This document shows positions 16,560 to 27,000 of a stretch of 41,279 nt of DNA, piece after piece. The position numbers were made by a program, and so were the translations under genes. A model generated the notes under the pieces. It saw nothing but the letters and a program-made list of their open reading frames with translations. It ran no database searches and had not been told where the DNA came from. How positions within the stretch are numbered: the first letter of the stretch is position 1; the number at the start of each line of letters is the position of its first letter. The stretch spans positions 1-41,279 of IMG/VR virus record IMGVR_UViG_3300020281_000049; one strand, written 5' to 3'. This DNA comes from a virus (Duplodnaviria; Caudoviricetes).

Positions 16560-16955
16560 TTACTTGGTTATACCTTTATATTTCTCGAACGTACGTAAGC
16601 CACCAAGGCCCAACATACCCATTAAAACAGTTAATAGCGCTTCCATGTCAAACGTAGGAAGTTCAGGAATCTGCGCACCAAACCAAGCAGCTGCAAACAA
16701 AACCAACGGAGCAACAACAAAGTGATACGCAAGCGCGACACCACAGGTCCATCCGACGAACGGACGCCATCCAGCAACAAAGAGGGACCTGTGTGCTGCT
16801 TCTTGTTTGTTGATTTCAAGTTGTCCTTTTGCGAGTTCTTGTGCATGCCTTTCAGCCATTGTGGCTAAGTCATGTGCCAGCTTAGCCTTCTGGTCTTTAT
16901 CTTCGATAAACTTGTCTAACAGCCCTGTAACAGGACCAATCAATGCTTGTAACAT
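16560..16955 (-). CDS. Holin, GTA 3-TM type
   Basis: SLFVAGWRPFVGW and LMGMLGLGGLRTFEK signatures. Confidence 0.88.
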   Translation of the reverse strand: MLQALIGPVTGLLDKFIEDKDQKAKLAHDLATMAERHAQELAKGQLEINKQEAAHRSLFVAGWRPFVGWTCGVALAYHFVVAPLVLFAAAWFGAQIPELPTFDMEALLTVLMGMLGLGGLRTFEKYKGITK

Positions 16956-17425
16956 TATATATACCCCTTATCTCTTGCCGCCTTGAGCATGATATAACCA
17001 AGGAAGGTTAAGACGATCAAGACTATTAGAGACAAGAAGCCAATGCCCACAGTCTCTATTAATTTCTCTCTAGCTTTCTTAGCATCAGCAGCTTCTTGCT
17101 GCCGACGCTTTCTTGCCTCAACCTGAAACCGTACCCAGTCGTTCCATAAACCTGGACGACCACAGTAAATCATAAATTGCTTCAGTTCTTCTTCCTTTTG
17201 TTTGACCTGTTCGAGCGCCATAAACTCTTCAAGGTCGTTACCATCGCTCTGACGGAATTGCCCAAGAAAGCTATTTTTCTTTTGATGACCTCTAACATGT
17301 AGAGCATCTTTAGCGTTAGTAAAGTCACCAATCGCCTTAGCGCAAGAAGCAATGTCTCTACCATTCTGTACCGCGCTTTTTATAATTGCGAATGCCGCAT
17401 TGGCTGCTGCTAATTCTGCTAACAT
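16955..17425 (-). CDS. Hypothetical protein with C-terminal TM helix
   Basis: 156 aa ORF, coiled coil plus hydrophobic C-terminus, adjacent to the holin. Confidence 0.75.
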   Translation of the reverse strand: MLAELAAANAAFAIIKSAVQNGRDIASCAKAIGDFTNAKDALHVRGHQKKNSFLGQFRQSDGNDLEEFMALEQVKQKEEELKQFMIYCGRPGLWNDWVRFQVEARKRRQQEAADAKKAREKLIETVGIGFLSLIVLIVLTFLGYIMLKAARDKGYI

Positions 17426-17434
17426 CTATAACCA

Positions 17435-17890
17435 TCACTCAACTAAACCCTCTTTGGGAATTTTTGTTTTGACTGCATCCCATTCGGTAACTAGGTTATC
17501 TAGATCCGCCGGCAGTTTTTCACCACCTGCCTTTTTCTCTTTAAAATACTTAAGAATAGAGTCTAGCTGATCCGTGACATCAGGATATAACATAGCCCTT
17601 TCCATCGCATGTCGATTATTGCCAGGTGATGCTTCAAACAACGCTTTCATTTTTGCGTCTTTACTTAAATCTACTACTTTACAATCTATTTCTTTGTCTT
17701 GCTCTGGTATCTCATAGCCGTCCATAACTATACCAAAGTGTAATCCTTCTTCTGGATTGTAGCCAAGATGAATAAAAGATATTTGTGCACCTGGTGATGA
17801 CTTGTCATCAGGCTCTTTACCAGGACCAGGATCAGGAGCTATAAAGCATTTTGTCTCGTGATCTTTATATGTTATATATTGTTTTGCCAT
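17435..17890 (-). CDS. Hypothetical tail-fibre-associated protein
   Basis: R...YPDVTDQLD...W.AVK.KIPK C-terminal motif; coupled to the RCC1 gene. Confidence 0.7.
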   Translation of the reverse strand: MAKQYITYKDHETKCFIAPDPGPGKEPDDKSSPGAQISFIHLGYNPEEGLHFGIVMDGYEIPEQDKEIDCKVVDLSKDAKMKALFEASPGNNRHAMERAMLYPDVTDQLDSILKYFKEKKAGGEKLPADLDNLVTEWDAVKTKIPKEGLVE

Positions 17891-19737
17891 TATGCATTTC
17901 CGTTTAATTGACCATTCATTAGGGTCGGGTTATCATTAACATACCAACTGTTGTTATCCCAAGAGTGGTAGTAACCTGTGTGATACAGAGCACCATCTTC
18001 AAATAAGTAGTAGATAGTACCGCCATCTGAGCCGCTATCACCACACCACGTCTGTACAACCTTGCCATGTTTTTCGTATGGTAGGTGTGGCGTAGTCCAG
18101 TAATAATAGTTGCTGCCTTGTCTATATCTTTGCCATTGGTTATTACGGCCTGTAACCCAGACAGTACCGTCATTCAATAAAGCTACTAGGTAGTTAGTAG
18201 ATCCCCAGCCACCAGATCGTATGTCAACACAATAACGCTTTGCGCTAAACAACTGTTTACCGTTCCAGGTACTAGCCCAATCAAATAAAATTTCATAAAC
18301 TCCGTTATAAGTACTGCTTGACCTGTTGCTGCCAAGCTGACCATAACCAGAGTAACCTGCACCCCACAGTTTATTATCTTCTGTTCTTACATATATCTGA
18401 CCATACTGACCGCCAGTTGCCCAAACGTCTTTGGCCAAACCTTTAGATCCTGAGGGTCCAAAGTGCGAGTCTAGAGCTGTGTGGTTATTTGTACCTGATG
18501 TAGATCCTGACATGATTTGTCCATAGCCAGAGTAACCGCCAGTCGATACTGTACCATCATCATACAAGTAAATTGAATGACATACATCACCATTGGCAGA
18601 TGCTGCAATCTTTATACACTTCTTACCGACGTTAGTTGTACCTGAACCATTATGGCCACAAGGCACAAAGTATGTTTGATTATTACCATGAGCATATTGC
18701 ATCTGATAATATGAATTACGTCCTGCTGCCCAAACTAATCCATCTTCGTCAATATACCAAACAGTACCATATTGGCCATTTGTCTCTTTAACATAGACAG
18801 CGTCCTCTACATACTGTACTCCTGACTCTCCGCTCTTAGGACCTCGTGCACATTTTCTAGGGCCATACGTATAGGAATTGCTGCTTGTACTATTGTTAAC
18901 GCCAACTTGACCATAGCCATTATAACCCCAGCCCCACAGTGAACCATCATCGCATAAGGCATGAAATGACAAAGCTGAATCTGATTGTTCGCCAGAGCTA
19001 CTAAACTGAATTACTTTTCTTGGCTTATCAGTAACAGTGTTCCAGTAAAGTCTTTCGTAGTGATTAGCTGACGCGCCAGGGTAAGTATAACTCCAGCCAA
19101 CTACACGTAAAGATGCTCGGTTCGAGGTGGCTTGATCTCCTACCTGTCCGTGTCCATTATAACCATTAGCCCACAGAATGCCATTAGCAGTTAGGAACAT
19201 ATTGGTATATCCCATGTATATACCAACAATCCGCATGCCGGTCTTACCTTCAGCCATGTGTTCACGTAAGTCATAGCCAGTCCAAGTGCTAGGAATATCA
19301 TCTTTTGATATATTTCCAATCATAATCTGACGTAGTACATCTCCGTTGATACTTACCCATTGCATCGGCGAGTGTACACTAGCACCGTTATAGTCCCATG
19401 AGCTATGGTTACCAGCACCTTTATCTGAGTATTGATTAACACCCATCATGGCAATAGAATAGCCGTCATTAACTACAAAGGCATATTGTGAGTCAGCGCC
19501 CTGCTGATCATTAGTTATAGTGTGACGCCAGTTCTTACTACTTCGTTTGTTAATGTTGTGGACGATATTATATAGGCTTTTACTCTTAGCTGCTTGATCA
19601 CCATACAGTGGCCTGCTTCCAGGAAGAAGCTGGACTTTCATAAATTGACCGCCGCCTCCTGATGAAGGAACAAAGCTGCTTCCTCCAGCGGAAGCAACTT
19701 TTTTAGGAAGGTCGACTGTTATGGTGTTGTTAGCCAT
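17890..19737 (-). CDS. RCC1-like repeat beta-propeller, probable tail / receptor-binding protein
   Basis: Repeats GYNGHGQVG, GYNGYGQVG, GRNSYYQ, GYSGYGQI, GYSGYGQLG, GRNNQWQ. Confidence 0.85.
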   Translation of the reverse strand: MANNTITVDLPKKVASAGGSSFVPSSGGGGQFMKVQLLPGSRPLYGDQAAKSKSLYNIVHNINKRSSKNWRHTITNDQQGADSQYAFVVNDGYSIAMMGVNQYSDKGAGNHSSWDYNGASVHSPMQWVSINGDVLRQIMIGNISKDDIPSTWTGYDLREHMAEGKTGMRIVGIYMGYTNMFLTANGILWANGYNGHGQVGDQATSNRASLRVVGWSYTYPGASANHYERLYWNTVTDKPRKVIQFSSSGEQSDSALSFHALCDDGSLWGWGYNGYGQVGVNNSTSSNSYTYGPRKCARGPKSGESGVQYVEDAVYVKETNGQYGTVWYIDEDGLVWAAGRNSYYQMQYAHGNNQTYFVPCGHNGSGTTNVGKKCIKIAASANGDVCHSIYLYDDGTVSTGGYSGYGQIMSGSTSGTNNHTALDSHFGPSGSKGLAKDVWATGGQYGQIYVRTEDNKLWGAGYSGYGQLGSNRSSSTYNGVYEILFDWASTWNGKQLFSAKRYCVDIRSGGWGSTNYLVALLNDGTVWVTGRNNQWQRYRQGSNYYYWTTPHLPYEKHGKVVQTWCGDSGSDGGTIYYLFEDGALYHTGYYHSWDNNSWYVNDNPTLMNGQLNGNA

Positions 19738-20747
19738 TAGTAATCTCCGCTATAAATATCTATATAAACACTACCTATAGCTCCAGCGGTATCTGCTGGC
19801 TTAGCGACATATATCGGGTGTTTGCATAACCACCATCTATCACCGTCAAGCCACGGTGCTTGAGTCAAGTCCATACCGCTAACTGCAACAGCACCGCCGT
19901 AACCTGCTAAAGCTGCTACCGACATACTAAACATCGATATAAACTTATAAGCTGTTACACTCTGACCAAGCTGCTGGGTTATGGTATTACCAGGCGTATT
20001 AGTTAGTGTTAATACAGTCGTTGTTATTGATGCAACACGATAAGCTCCTCTGTTAGCTGCTGCTACAGAAGTACCTAACGATATAAGATCTCCAACAATT
20101 AGATCTGAATGATCTGTTGAAGCATCCCAGTTAGCTGCATCGGTTCTTGTCATTGTAAAGGGATCTGAAGCTGGCGTACTACCTGGCACTAGGTTAACAC
20201 CAATATTTCTAAATATCGGTCTCATGTAACCAAAGTGAAGTACCGCAGCATTAGATGGGTCCTCGTTTCTCAGTGCAATCTGATGAATCCTAGATCCATT
20301 ACGACCAGGATTAAAAGCAAGGATAGGCTCGTTTGCATCTGTTGGCCTTAGTTCTGTATGGTCTTGACGATACTTACCTACAAACAAAGGTTCTTTATTT
20401 ATAGCTACATCATCAGTGGTTGCTTGACCACCCATATCAGGATGCGAATTACAGTAGTACCAAAGCTCCTCTGTTGCGGCACCTACCTTAATCATTGTGT
20501 AGGCATTAGCCTGACCTGGCGTACCGCCTGTTGTCACGCCAGTGGTATATCCTGAACCACCATTGTGTGTACCATCCGCAACGGTGGAAAATCTAAGAGG
20601 GTGCCCCGTATTACTAAGATCTGATTGATCAAGGTAATAGTACTTACCCTCATCTAGTCTTAATGTAGGAGTCTCGTACCCGTCAATGAAGTATCGATTC
20701 CCATCGGCGGTGGCTTTAACTTTAACTATCATTTTAATATAGTTCAT
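19737..20747 (-). CDS. Tail-associated protein with a cupredoxin-like N-terminal domain
   Basis: DQSDLSNTGHPLRFS ... LWYYCNSHPDMGG. Confidence 0.75.
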   Translation of the reverse strand: MNYIKMIVKVKATADGNRYFIDGYETPTLRLDEGKYYYLDQSDLSNTGHPLRFSTVADGTHNGGSGYTTGVTTGGTPGQANAYTMIKVGAATEELWYYCNSHPDMGGQATTDDVAINKEPLFVGKYRQDHTELRPTDANEPILAFNPGRNGSRIHQIALRNEDPSNAAVLHFGYMRPIFRNIGVNLVPGSTPASDPFTMTRTDAANWDASTDHSDLIVGDLISLGTSVAAANRGAYRVASITTTVLTLTNTPGNTITQQLGQSVTAYKFISMFSMSVAALAGYGGAVAVSGMDLTQAPWLDGDRWWLCKHPIYVAKPADTAGAIGSVYIDIYSGDY

Positions 20748-20757
20748 TAGTCACCTC

Positions 20758-21549
20758 CTAAATAAAGTTACTCACCAGCTGCACTTTAGTTATTGCGCCG
20801 ACGGCAGGACTGAGTGCAACTGATCGTGTTTCATTCCCTCCATCGTTATTAGTTGTCATACTAATTCCAGTACCCTCGACAATTTTAGCTTCGACAAAAC
20901 TAGCCGTTGCGTCATTAGCGCTAATCTTAACATTACCAGGGCTTAATTGATTTTGAATGTTGGTCGCAGTTTGTGCAGCAGCCGCCGCATCTATAGCAGA
21001 TTGATTTGCTGCAGCAGCATTTGTCTGGGCATTAGCTATGTCAGTAGAGTTAGGTCCATTAATAAGACCACTACCTGTTGGATTCCAGATTAATGCACGA
21101 CCAGCTTCTGGTTCTGCGAGTTCAATACTTGTTACAGTGGCAGATGTAATAGCAACTTTTAATGATCTATCAATCTGCTCACTAAGCATAGTAGCAATAA
21201 GAGTAAGTTTATCTAGGGCACCTTCATGCGTTTCAGCAGGGAATGGATCACCCTCAACATAGTCAACTTGTTGTGTAATATCGATAGCACGCACAATAAT
21301 AACTCTGTGCGTGGTAGGCAGATTAGTATTCAGAGTAATCGTAGCATATTTAGTAGACGAGTTAATTGACATTGTATAGTCATACGTTCCACCGCCGCCT
21401 CGTACTTGCAGGGCTCCTGTATTCGTAGTTGTGTCAAATGTGTAGACTGCTAGATCATCAAGAAGTTCAACCGGCGCATTAAAATAAAATGTCTTGGTCG
21501 CTCCTGTACCTAGTTCTACAACTCGTTTTACCTCAGTTGCTATTGTCAT
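20758..21549 (-). CDS. Tail fibre / adaptor protein (T7 gp17 N-terminal-like)
   Basis: G.T.TF.F...DDL.V, FPAETHEGALDKLT, Ala-rich coiled coil. Confidence 0.8.
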   Translation of the reverse strand: MTIATEVKRVVELGTGATKTFYFNAPVELLDDLAVYTFDTTTNTGALQVRGGGGTYDYTMSINSSTKYATITLNTNLPTTHRVIIVRAIDITQQVDYVEGDPFPAETHEGALDKLTLIATMLSEQIDRSLKVAITSATVTSIELAEPEAGRALIWNPTGSGLINGPNSTDIANAQTNAAAANQSAIDAAAAAQTATNIQNQLSPGNVKISANDATASFVEAKIVEGTGISMTTNNDGGNETRSVALSPAVGAITKVQLVSNFI

Positions 21550-24065
21550 TATCTTACTCCTTCGAACAGCCTATCGCCGCCACCGTATGGAATTGCTCTA
21601 GAGGGTGGCATAAAGAAACGCTGATCATTTTCAGTCATTATACGCTGTTCTAAACGAGAAAGATACCCCGGATTTACAAATTCTTGTAACTGGTACAAAA
21701 ATAAGTAATCTATGGCCATTCTAGTATAGAAAACATTAATAAACGGGGTGTTATCTTTTGCTAATTTTATTAGGTTAGCAGCAACATCTTCCCCGTTACG
21801 AGCCCTTGTCCATAGTTCTGCTACCGCGTCAATCTGACCAAAGGTAGGTCCTGCCAAGGTTGACAAGAAACTACGACCAAATCTATTATATTCACCAAAT
21901 AAGAAGTCACCATATATACCTAGACCTCCACCTTGTACCATGGCTGCTAATGCTGTTGAATAACTAAACTCTCTTGGCGATCTGCCTTTTAGCATATCCT
22001 TAGCCATCATAGCGCCGTAACCAAACACAGTACTCATAACTAGTAGTTGAGTAATTCCTGTTATATCAGCTTTACCATTAGCTTGCCCGTATACTTCTCG
22101 TCCTAAACCTCTACGTACAATAGTAACAGGGAATGATTTAAACTGCATAAGCAGCCTATACATCTCACCCGTTGCTGTACCGGCTACAGATCCCTGGTTC
22201 ATGATCGCTCGTTCTCTAGCGCCAGGCATTGGAATGCCATAATCAGCACGATCAATATAAAATGAGTCAAGCATAGTCATTAGATCATTTTTAGCATCTG
22301 CTATAGTTCTAGCATTAAATACACTCTTGCCTTTAGATTTCATGTAGCCTTTGACTATATCATCGCTAATATCTTCTAGGCCCTCACTAACCATAAAGTT
22401 GCCTTGATTATTACCAGCATCTTTTACTGCATGGTTTCTGTATAGTTCCCACTCAAGATCTTCAATACCATATTGCTTTAATACATTCTGAAGCCTAGGT
22501 CCAAGCTGCTTGTAACTAAGATTAGCGTTGTCTGCTAGATTAGCACTCATCATTAATGCCATACCAGTACGATGAGAATCGTTCCACCAGCTCATTAAGT
22601 TTATCTTAAAAAACTTTTGCTGAGCTTTTGCTGCCATACCAGGTAATTGATCGTTAGCATGAAACCTGCTCATTAGATCACCTGTGATTCCATCAAAGCC
22701 AACACCCAATGCTCTTGCTATCTGTCTTTGTTCCTTATTTCCTCGGCCGCGGAATAAATTCCTAAAGGCATTTGTATAACCTGACATTAGGCCTTTACCT
22801 TGATACCTTAACTCCGCTGCCTGATAAGGAATATCAGTTATAGCTGAAATGGTTGCACCACCTAGTTTTGATAGGTTTGCGATAACTCTAGTAATAGCAC
22901 CAATACGCGCTAGATTTGGACTAGCAATCATACGAGCAGAGCCGTCTAGCTCTTGATATAAGTTTTTAATTTTTTGACTTTTAAATAAATCTGACTGCTT
23001 TGTATCACCTTTCTTAATTGTACGATCTCGATATTCAGCTACTAAGTCGTCTAGCATTGACTGTGGATTAGTACCAAGATTTCTCATTAAAGCTGTATTA
23101 TGAGCGTGGTGCTGCAAACCATTAATAATACCTTCTCTAAGATCTCCCGTTCCTACTGCTCTGTTATATTCCATAAATGAAGCAGAGTCTTTAAAATGCA
23201 ATAGTCTTTCAGCACTAGCTTTTTTACCTAGATTAGCGTAACCTTTAAAACCATTTAAGTGCATTGCTGTATCGTCAGCAGCGCCAGCAGCTTTTCTATG
23301 TATACCTGCTGCTAAACCTCTATAAGCACCTTGTAAAAACTTTTTAGGATCAGCACCCTTAAAAGTCTTTTTATCAAGTAGTGGCATGATAAATTCAATC
23401 CACTCATCTTCGCCCATCTTCCTGATTTTAATCATGTCGTGGCTTTGACGCATAATATAACCAGGATATGACTTAATATAAGATCCTGCTAAATTAGAAT
23501 TCTTAACGGCTAGCTCTTGTATAGCATGTATCTTTTCAGCAATACGTCTTGCTGCAGCATTCTTAGTTACGCCTGGATTACCGCCTGGTTTAAGTTCCCA
23601 CAATTCAGCAGCAATGTCATCATCAAACTTTCCGCCTTTCATAAACAAGCGAAGATCGCCGTGCTCATTATCTAGATCTTTAATTATCTTGCCAATGTAT
23701 TTATTTGCAAGAGACTTGCCTTGTGTATCAATACTTAATTTAGACTTGTGTGAAGACTCAAGAGTACCACCAAGTAACGACATAATACCTAAGTGAGGAT
23801 TATCAAACTTATCTAAAAAATTACGGGCCCTTGCTTTAGCCAAGGCATTAATAATCTTATTACGCTTTTCTATTTTAGCAGCAAGCATAGAGTCACTTAA
23901 CTGTTGAGTCAAGTGCGTCATAAGCTCCTGATCTACATTATCTGCATTTTTAACATTTGTAATAAACTCATCGATTTCTTCCAGCATCTTCATTGCTGCG
24001 TCATCATCGATAGTTCCGCTCTTATTAGCTTTCTTAATAACAGCGATACATTTTTGTATACTCAT
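21549..24065 (-). CDS. Internal virion (ejection) protein
   Basis: Start MSIQKC with ATGA overlap; C-terminal QFKSFP, QGGGLGIYGDFLF and NPGYLSR motifs; position before the tail fibre. Confidence 0.8.
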   Translation of the reverse strand: MSIQKCIAVIKKANKSGTIDDDAAMKMLEEIDEFITNVKNADNVDQELMTHLTQQLSDSMLAAKIEKRNKIINALAKARARNFLDKFDNPHLGIMSLLGGTLESSHKSKLSIDTQGKSLANKYIGKIIKDLDNEHGDLRLFMKGGKFDDDIAAELWELKPGGNPGVTKNAAARRIAEKIHAIQELAVKNSNLAGSYIKSYPGYIMRQSHDMIKIRKMGEDEWIEFIMPLLDKKTFKGADPKKFLQGAYRGLAAGIHRKAAGAADDTAMHLNGFKGYANLGKKASAERLLHFKDSASFMEYNRAVGTGDLREGIINGLQHHAHNTALMRNLGTNPQSMLDDLVAEYRDRTIKKGDTKQSDLFKSQKIKNLYQELDGSARMIASPNLARIGAITRVIANLSKLGGATISAITDIPYQAAELRYQGKGLMSGYTNAFRNLFRGRGNKEQRQIARALGVGFDGITGDLMSRFHANDQLPGMAAKAQQKFFKINLMSWWNDSHRTGMALMMSANLADNANLSYKQLGPRLQNVLKQYGIEDLEWELYRNHAVKDAGNNQGNFMVSEGLEDISDDIVKGYMKSKGKSVFNARTIADAKNDLMTMLDSFYIDRADYGIPMPGARERAIMNQGSVAGTATGEMYRLLMQFKSFPVTIVRRGLGREVYGQANGKADITGITQLLVMSTVFGYGAMMAKDMLKGRSPREFSYSTALAAMVQGGGLGIYGDFLFGEYNRFGRSFLSTLAGPTFGQIDAVAELWTRARNGEDVAANLIKLAKDNTPFINVFYTRMAIDYLFLYQLQEFVNPGYLSRLEQRIMTENDQRFFMPPSRAIPYGGGDRLFEGVR

Positions 24066-27000
24066 GCGGCACCTCTTACGCAAACAGCTGCAGCTTTAGC
24101 GGCTTCGTATATATCGTTAACTTGCGCTACTGCGTCGTCTGCTTCTTTATTTATATTATCAAGTTCTTTTGTAACTGCTTTAATATATTTAGGATCCATG
24201 TTAGGCATCTCAGCATTTATCTGCTCTACAAGATCATTGATAGCTTGTTCTTGCTCGGCCATATCTTTCGATACATTAGGCAGCAAAGTTTCTTTTGTCT
24301 GATTAGGATTAGTTTGTAGATCTATATCAGCATCGTCTATATCAGCGGTAGAATTAGATTTATTAGCGTTGTACTTTTTAGCAATCTGTATAGACTGCTG
24401 CATCGGTACTTTTGCAGGTAATTTTTCTCCTGGCAGCATAGCATCTACTTCAACAAAACTGCCTTTATTAGTATTAACTACACTTTTTACGACAAAGGTA
24501 GTATCATGAGGTAGAATTACTTCTGACTCACTTTTACCAAATGACCAATGTTTATTTTCACCAGCATATAAAGCTGGCATACCTTTTTTAAGGTTAATTT
24601 TTAATTTAACATCACTGCTGCTGCCAAACGAAAAAGCCTTACCTCTATATAATCCTGTAGATAGGAAACCGCTTAATTTAAACTGGCCTCCTATCATCAT
24701 TTTAGCAGTACCAGCATCTGTTGCTGGATTACCTTTTAGACTTAAACCATTGACACCGTTCAAGGCGGTATAAGGGGTACCCCCACGCCAAACACTAATT
24801 TCTTGAGGTAATGTGTTCTTCTTAATAGCCGCATCTAGTATCCCCGTGTACTTGTTAAGGACCTCTTTTGTTTGTGCCGGTGTTGGTTCATCAATGCCTA
24901 CATATTTACCAACCATTTTTGCATAGCCATGAGCTTCATTAGGGCTCATTTTTCCACGCAGCCAGTTATTCATCCATGCATAACTGCTGCCAGTATAGTT
25001 TTTAAGTATTTTACCTTCTTGTACTGTTAGTTTTGTTTCTTGCGCGTCATTCATTTTAGTCAGTGCTTTTTTAGCAGATGACAAGCTGTTAGCTACAATC
25101 GTACCTTTTTTAGTTGACGTAGCTTGTTGTGTACGTAAAAAGTCAGTGCTGTATTCTGTTAATGCCTGACGTCTATTTGTAATTAAGGATTTTAATTTAG
25201 TTGCATTTTCAGGTGTAAAATCTAGAATATCAATAATTGCATTTATTTCTGATTGATCTGTTTCAAATATTCTTGCTGCAGCAAACTGGGCTTTCTTTAT
25301 AAACTCTGCTTGTGATAAACCAGTAGCTTCAAATACTTTAAATGTAGTAGGATTCTTTTTAGGATCTAGCATAGACTTTATTTCATCTATAGCCATCTCA
25401 TTAATATTTTTAGTTCCGCCTTGAGCTCTAAATATTAACGCCCCACCTGGATCGATACGTATAACATTGCCATTTGGCATTTGCATAATATTAAAGTTAG
25501 GTGCATTACCGACAACATCCCAGTTACCTAGGAACATATCGACAATTAAGTCATCAGCAAACTGCTGCTTAACTTCAGCAGGTAATTTAGCAAAATCGTC
25601 TGGCGTAATCATCTTAGCGCCAGGTACTATCTTAGAGGCTATACCTACAATTTCACCGTTTGAATTACCAACTAGCTTTGGCTCAGGGAATGCAACACCA
25701 AACATTCTATATAGTGTAGCAGCTAAAAACTCGTTCTTAGCAGCCTGTATATCTTTAGGATACTTAACATAATACTGTTGGCCTGTAGCAGCATCTGTAA
25801 AGAAGCCACCTTTTTGTGTACCAGCTTGATCTCCTGTTTGCTGTAAATTTGTATCTAAAAGTTGTTCATCAAATTGTGGTGATTTATTTTCTGGTAAAAA
25901 TTCACCTTCGTCAAATTTAGTCATAGCTTGATCAACGGCATTCTTACCAGATGGCATAGAGTCGCTGAATGCTATAATCTTAGGATCGCCAGAAAATAAT
26001 TTTACTGCTTCGCTAGGTGCTGCCACTACCACATTATTCTGGTTCATCTTTGGATTAAATACGGCATTGTCTATATCAATGAGGTGTGTAATCTCACCTT
26101 CATCAAATTTTACAGAGGCCTTATATTTAATATCAGATGCAGCCATATCTACGCCATGCATCAGCATAGACATGTGTGCCTTTTCTCCAAGCTCTAGTGG
26201 ATCACCTGCTTTACTTCCTATCTGTTCTTCATCAAAAAGACGTAACGGTCCTTCTTCACCTCGAACAAGGATAAAGTCACCATTTTGATTTTTGATACGA
26301 AATGCAATTTTGTTTTTAGCACCCGCTTTAGTAGCAGCTTCAACTGCTTCTTGATATTCAGTGCTTTGCGCTAAGGCATTTTTTAATTTAACGCCACTTA
26401 ACGGTGCAGCTTTTTCTCCTGCTCTTACTAATTCTAAAGACTCAGTTGTATTTGCATGCGGCTTATATTCTGCCGTTGCCCCTTTAACAACTGGTCCATC
26501 TGAGTCACCTTGATTAACACGCTGTACTGGCGAGTTAGCATCGCTTCCAGGTGCTGCCGGTGCATCAGGATCATTAGTTGGTGTCTTTACTTGTACATCA
26601 TCTCCATGGTGCACGATAGGACTAACCTCGACACTATCACCATTTGCAGCTTGTCTAACTGCTGTATTAAATGCTTTACCGTGACGTTTAGATCTTACAT
26701 ACTTGATACCATCTACTACGCTACCGCCCACAACATGCAGTCCGCCACCTAATACAGTACCAAATGTTATATTCATAAATGATTGAGCTAACCCGTAATC
26801 AGCTTGCTCTTGTGTAGCAGCACCATAAATTAAAGGCTCAACTGCGACTGATCCATAAAAACCAGCCATACCACCTGTAACGGCTCTTGTACCTAATTTG
26901 GATCCGGTAAGGCCTAAAGCACCGACCACTCTAGCACCGCCAAGGGGAGGAATAAAAAACAGTGGGATACTAACTGGATCGACTAAAGCCATGCCAAGCT

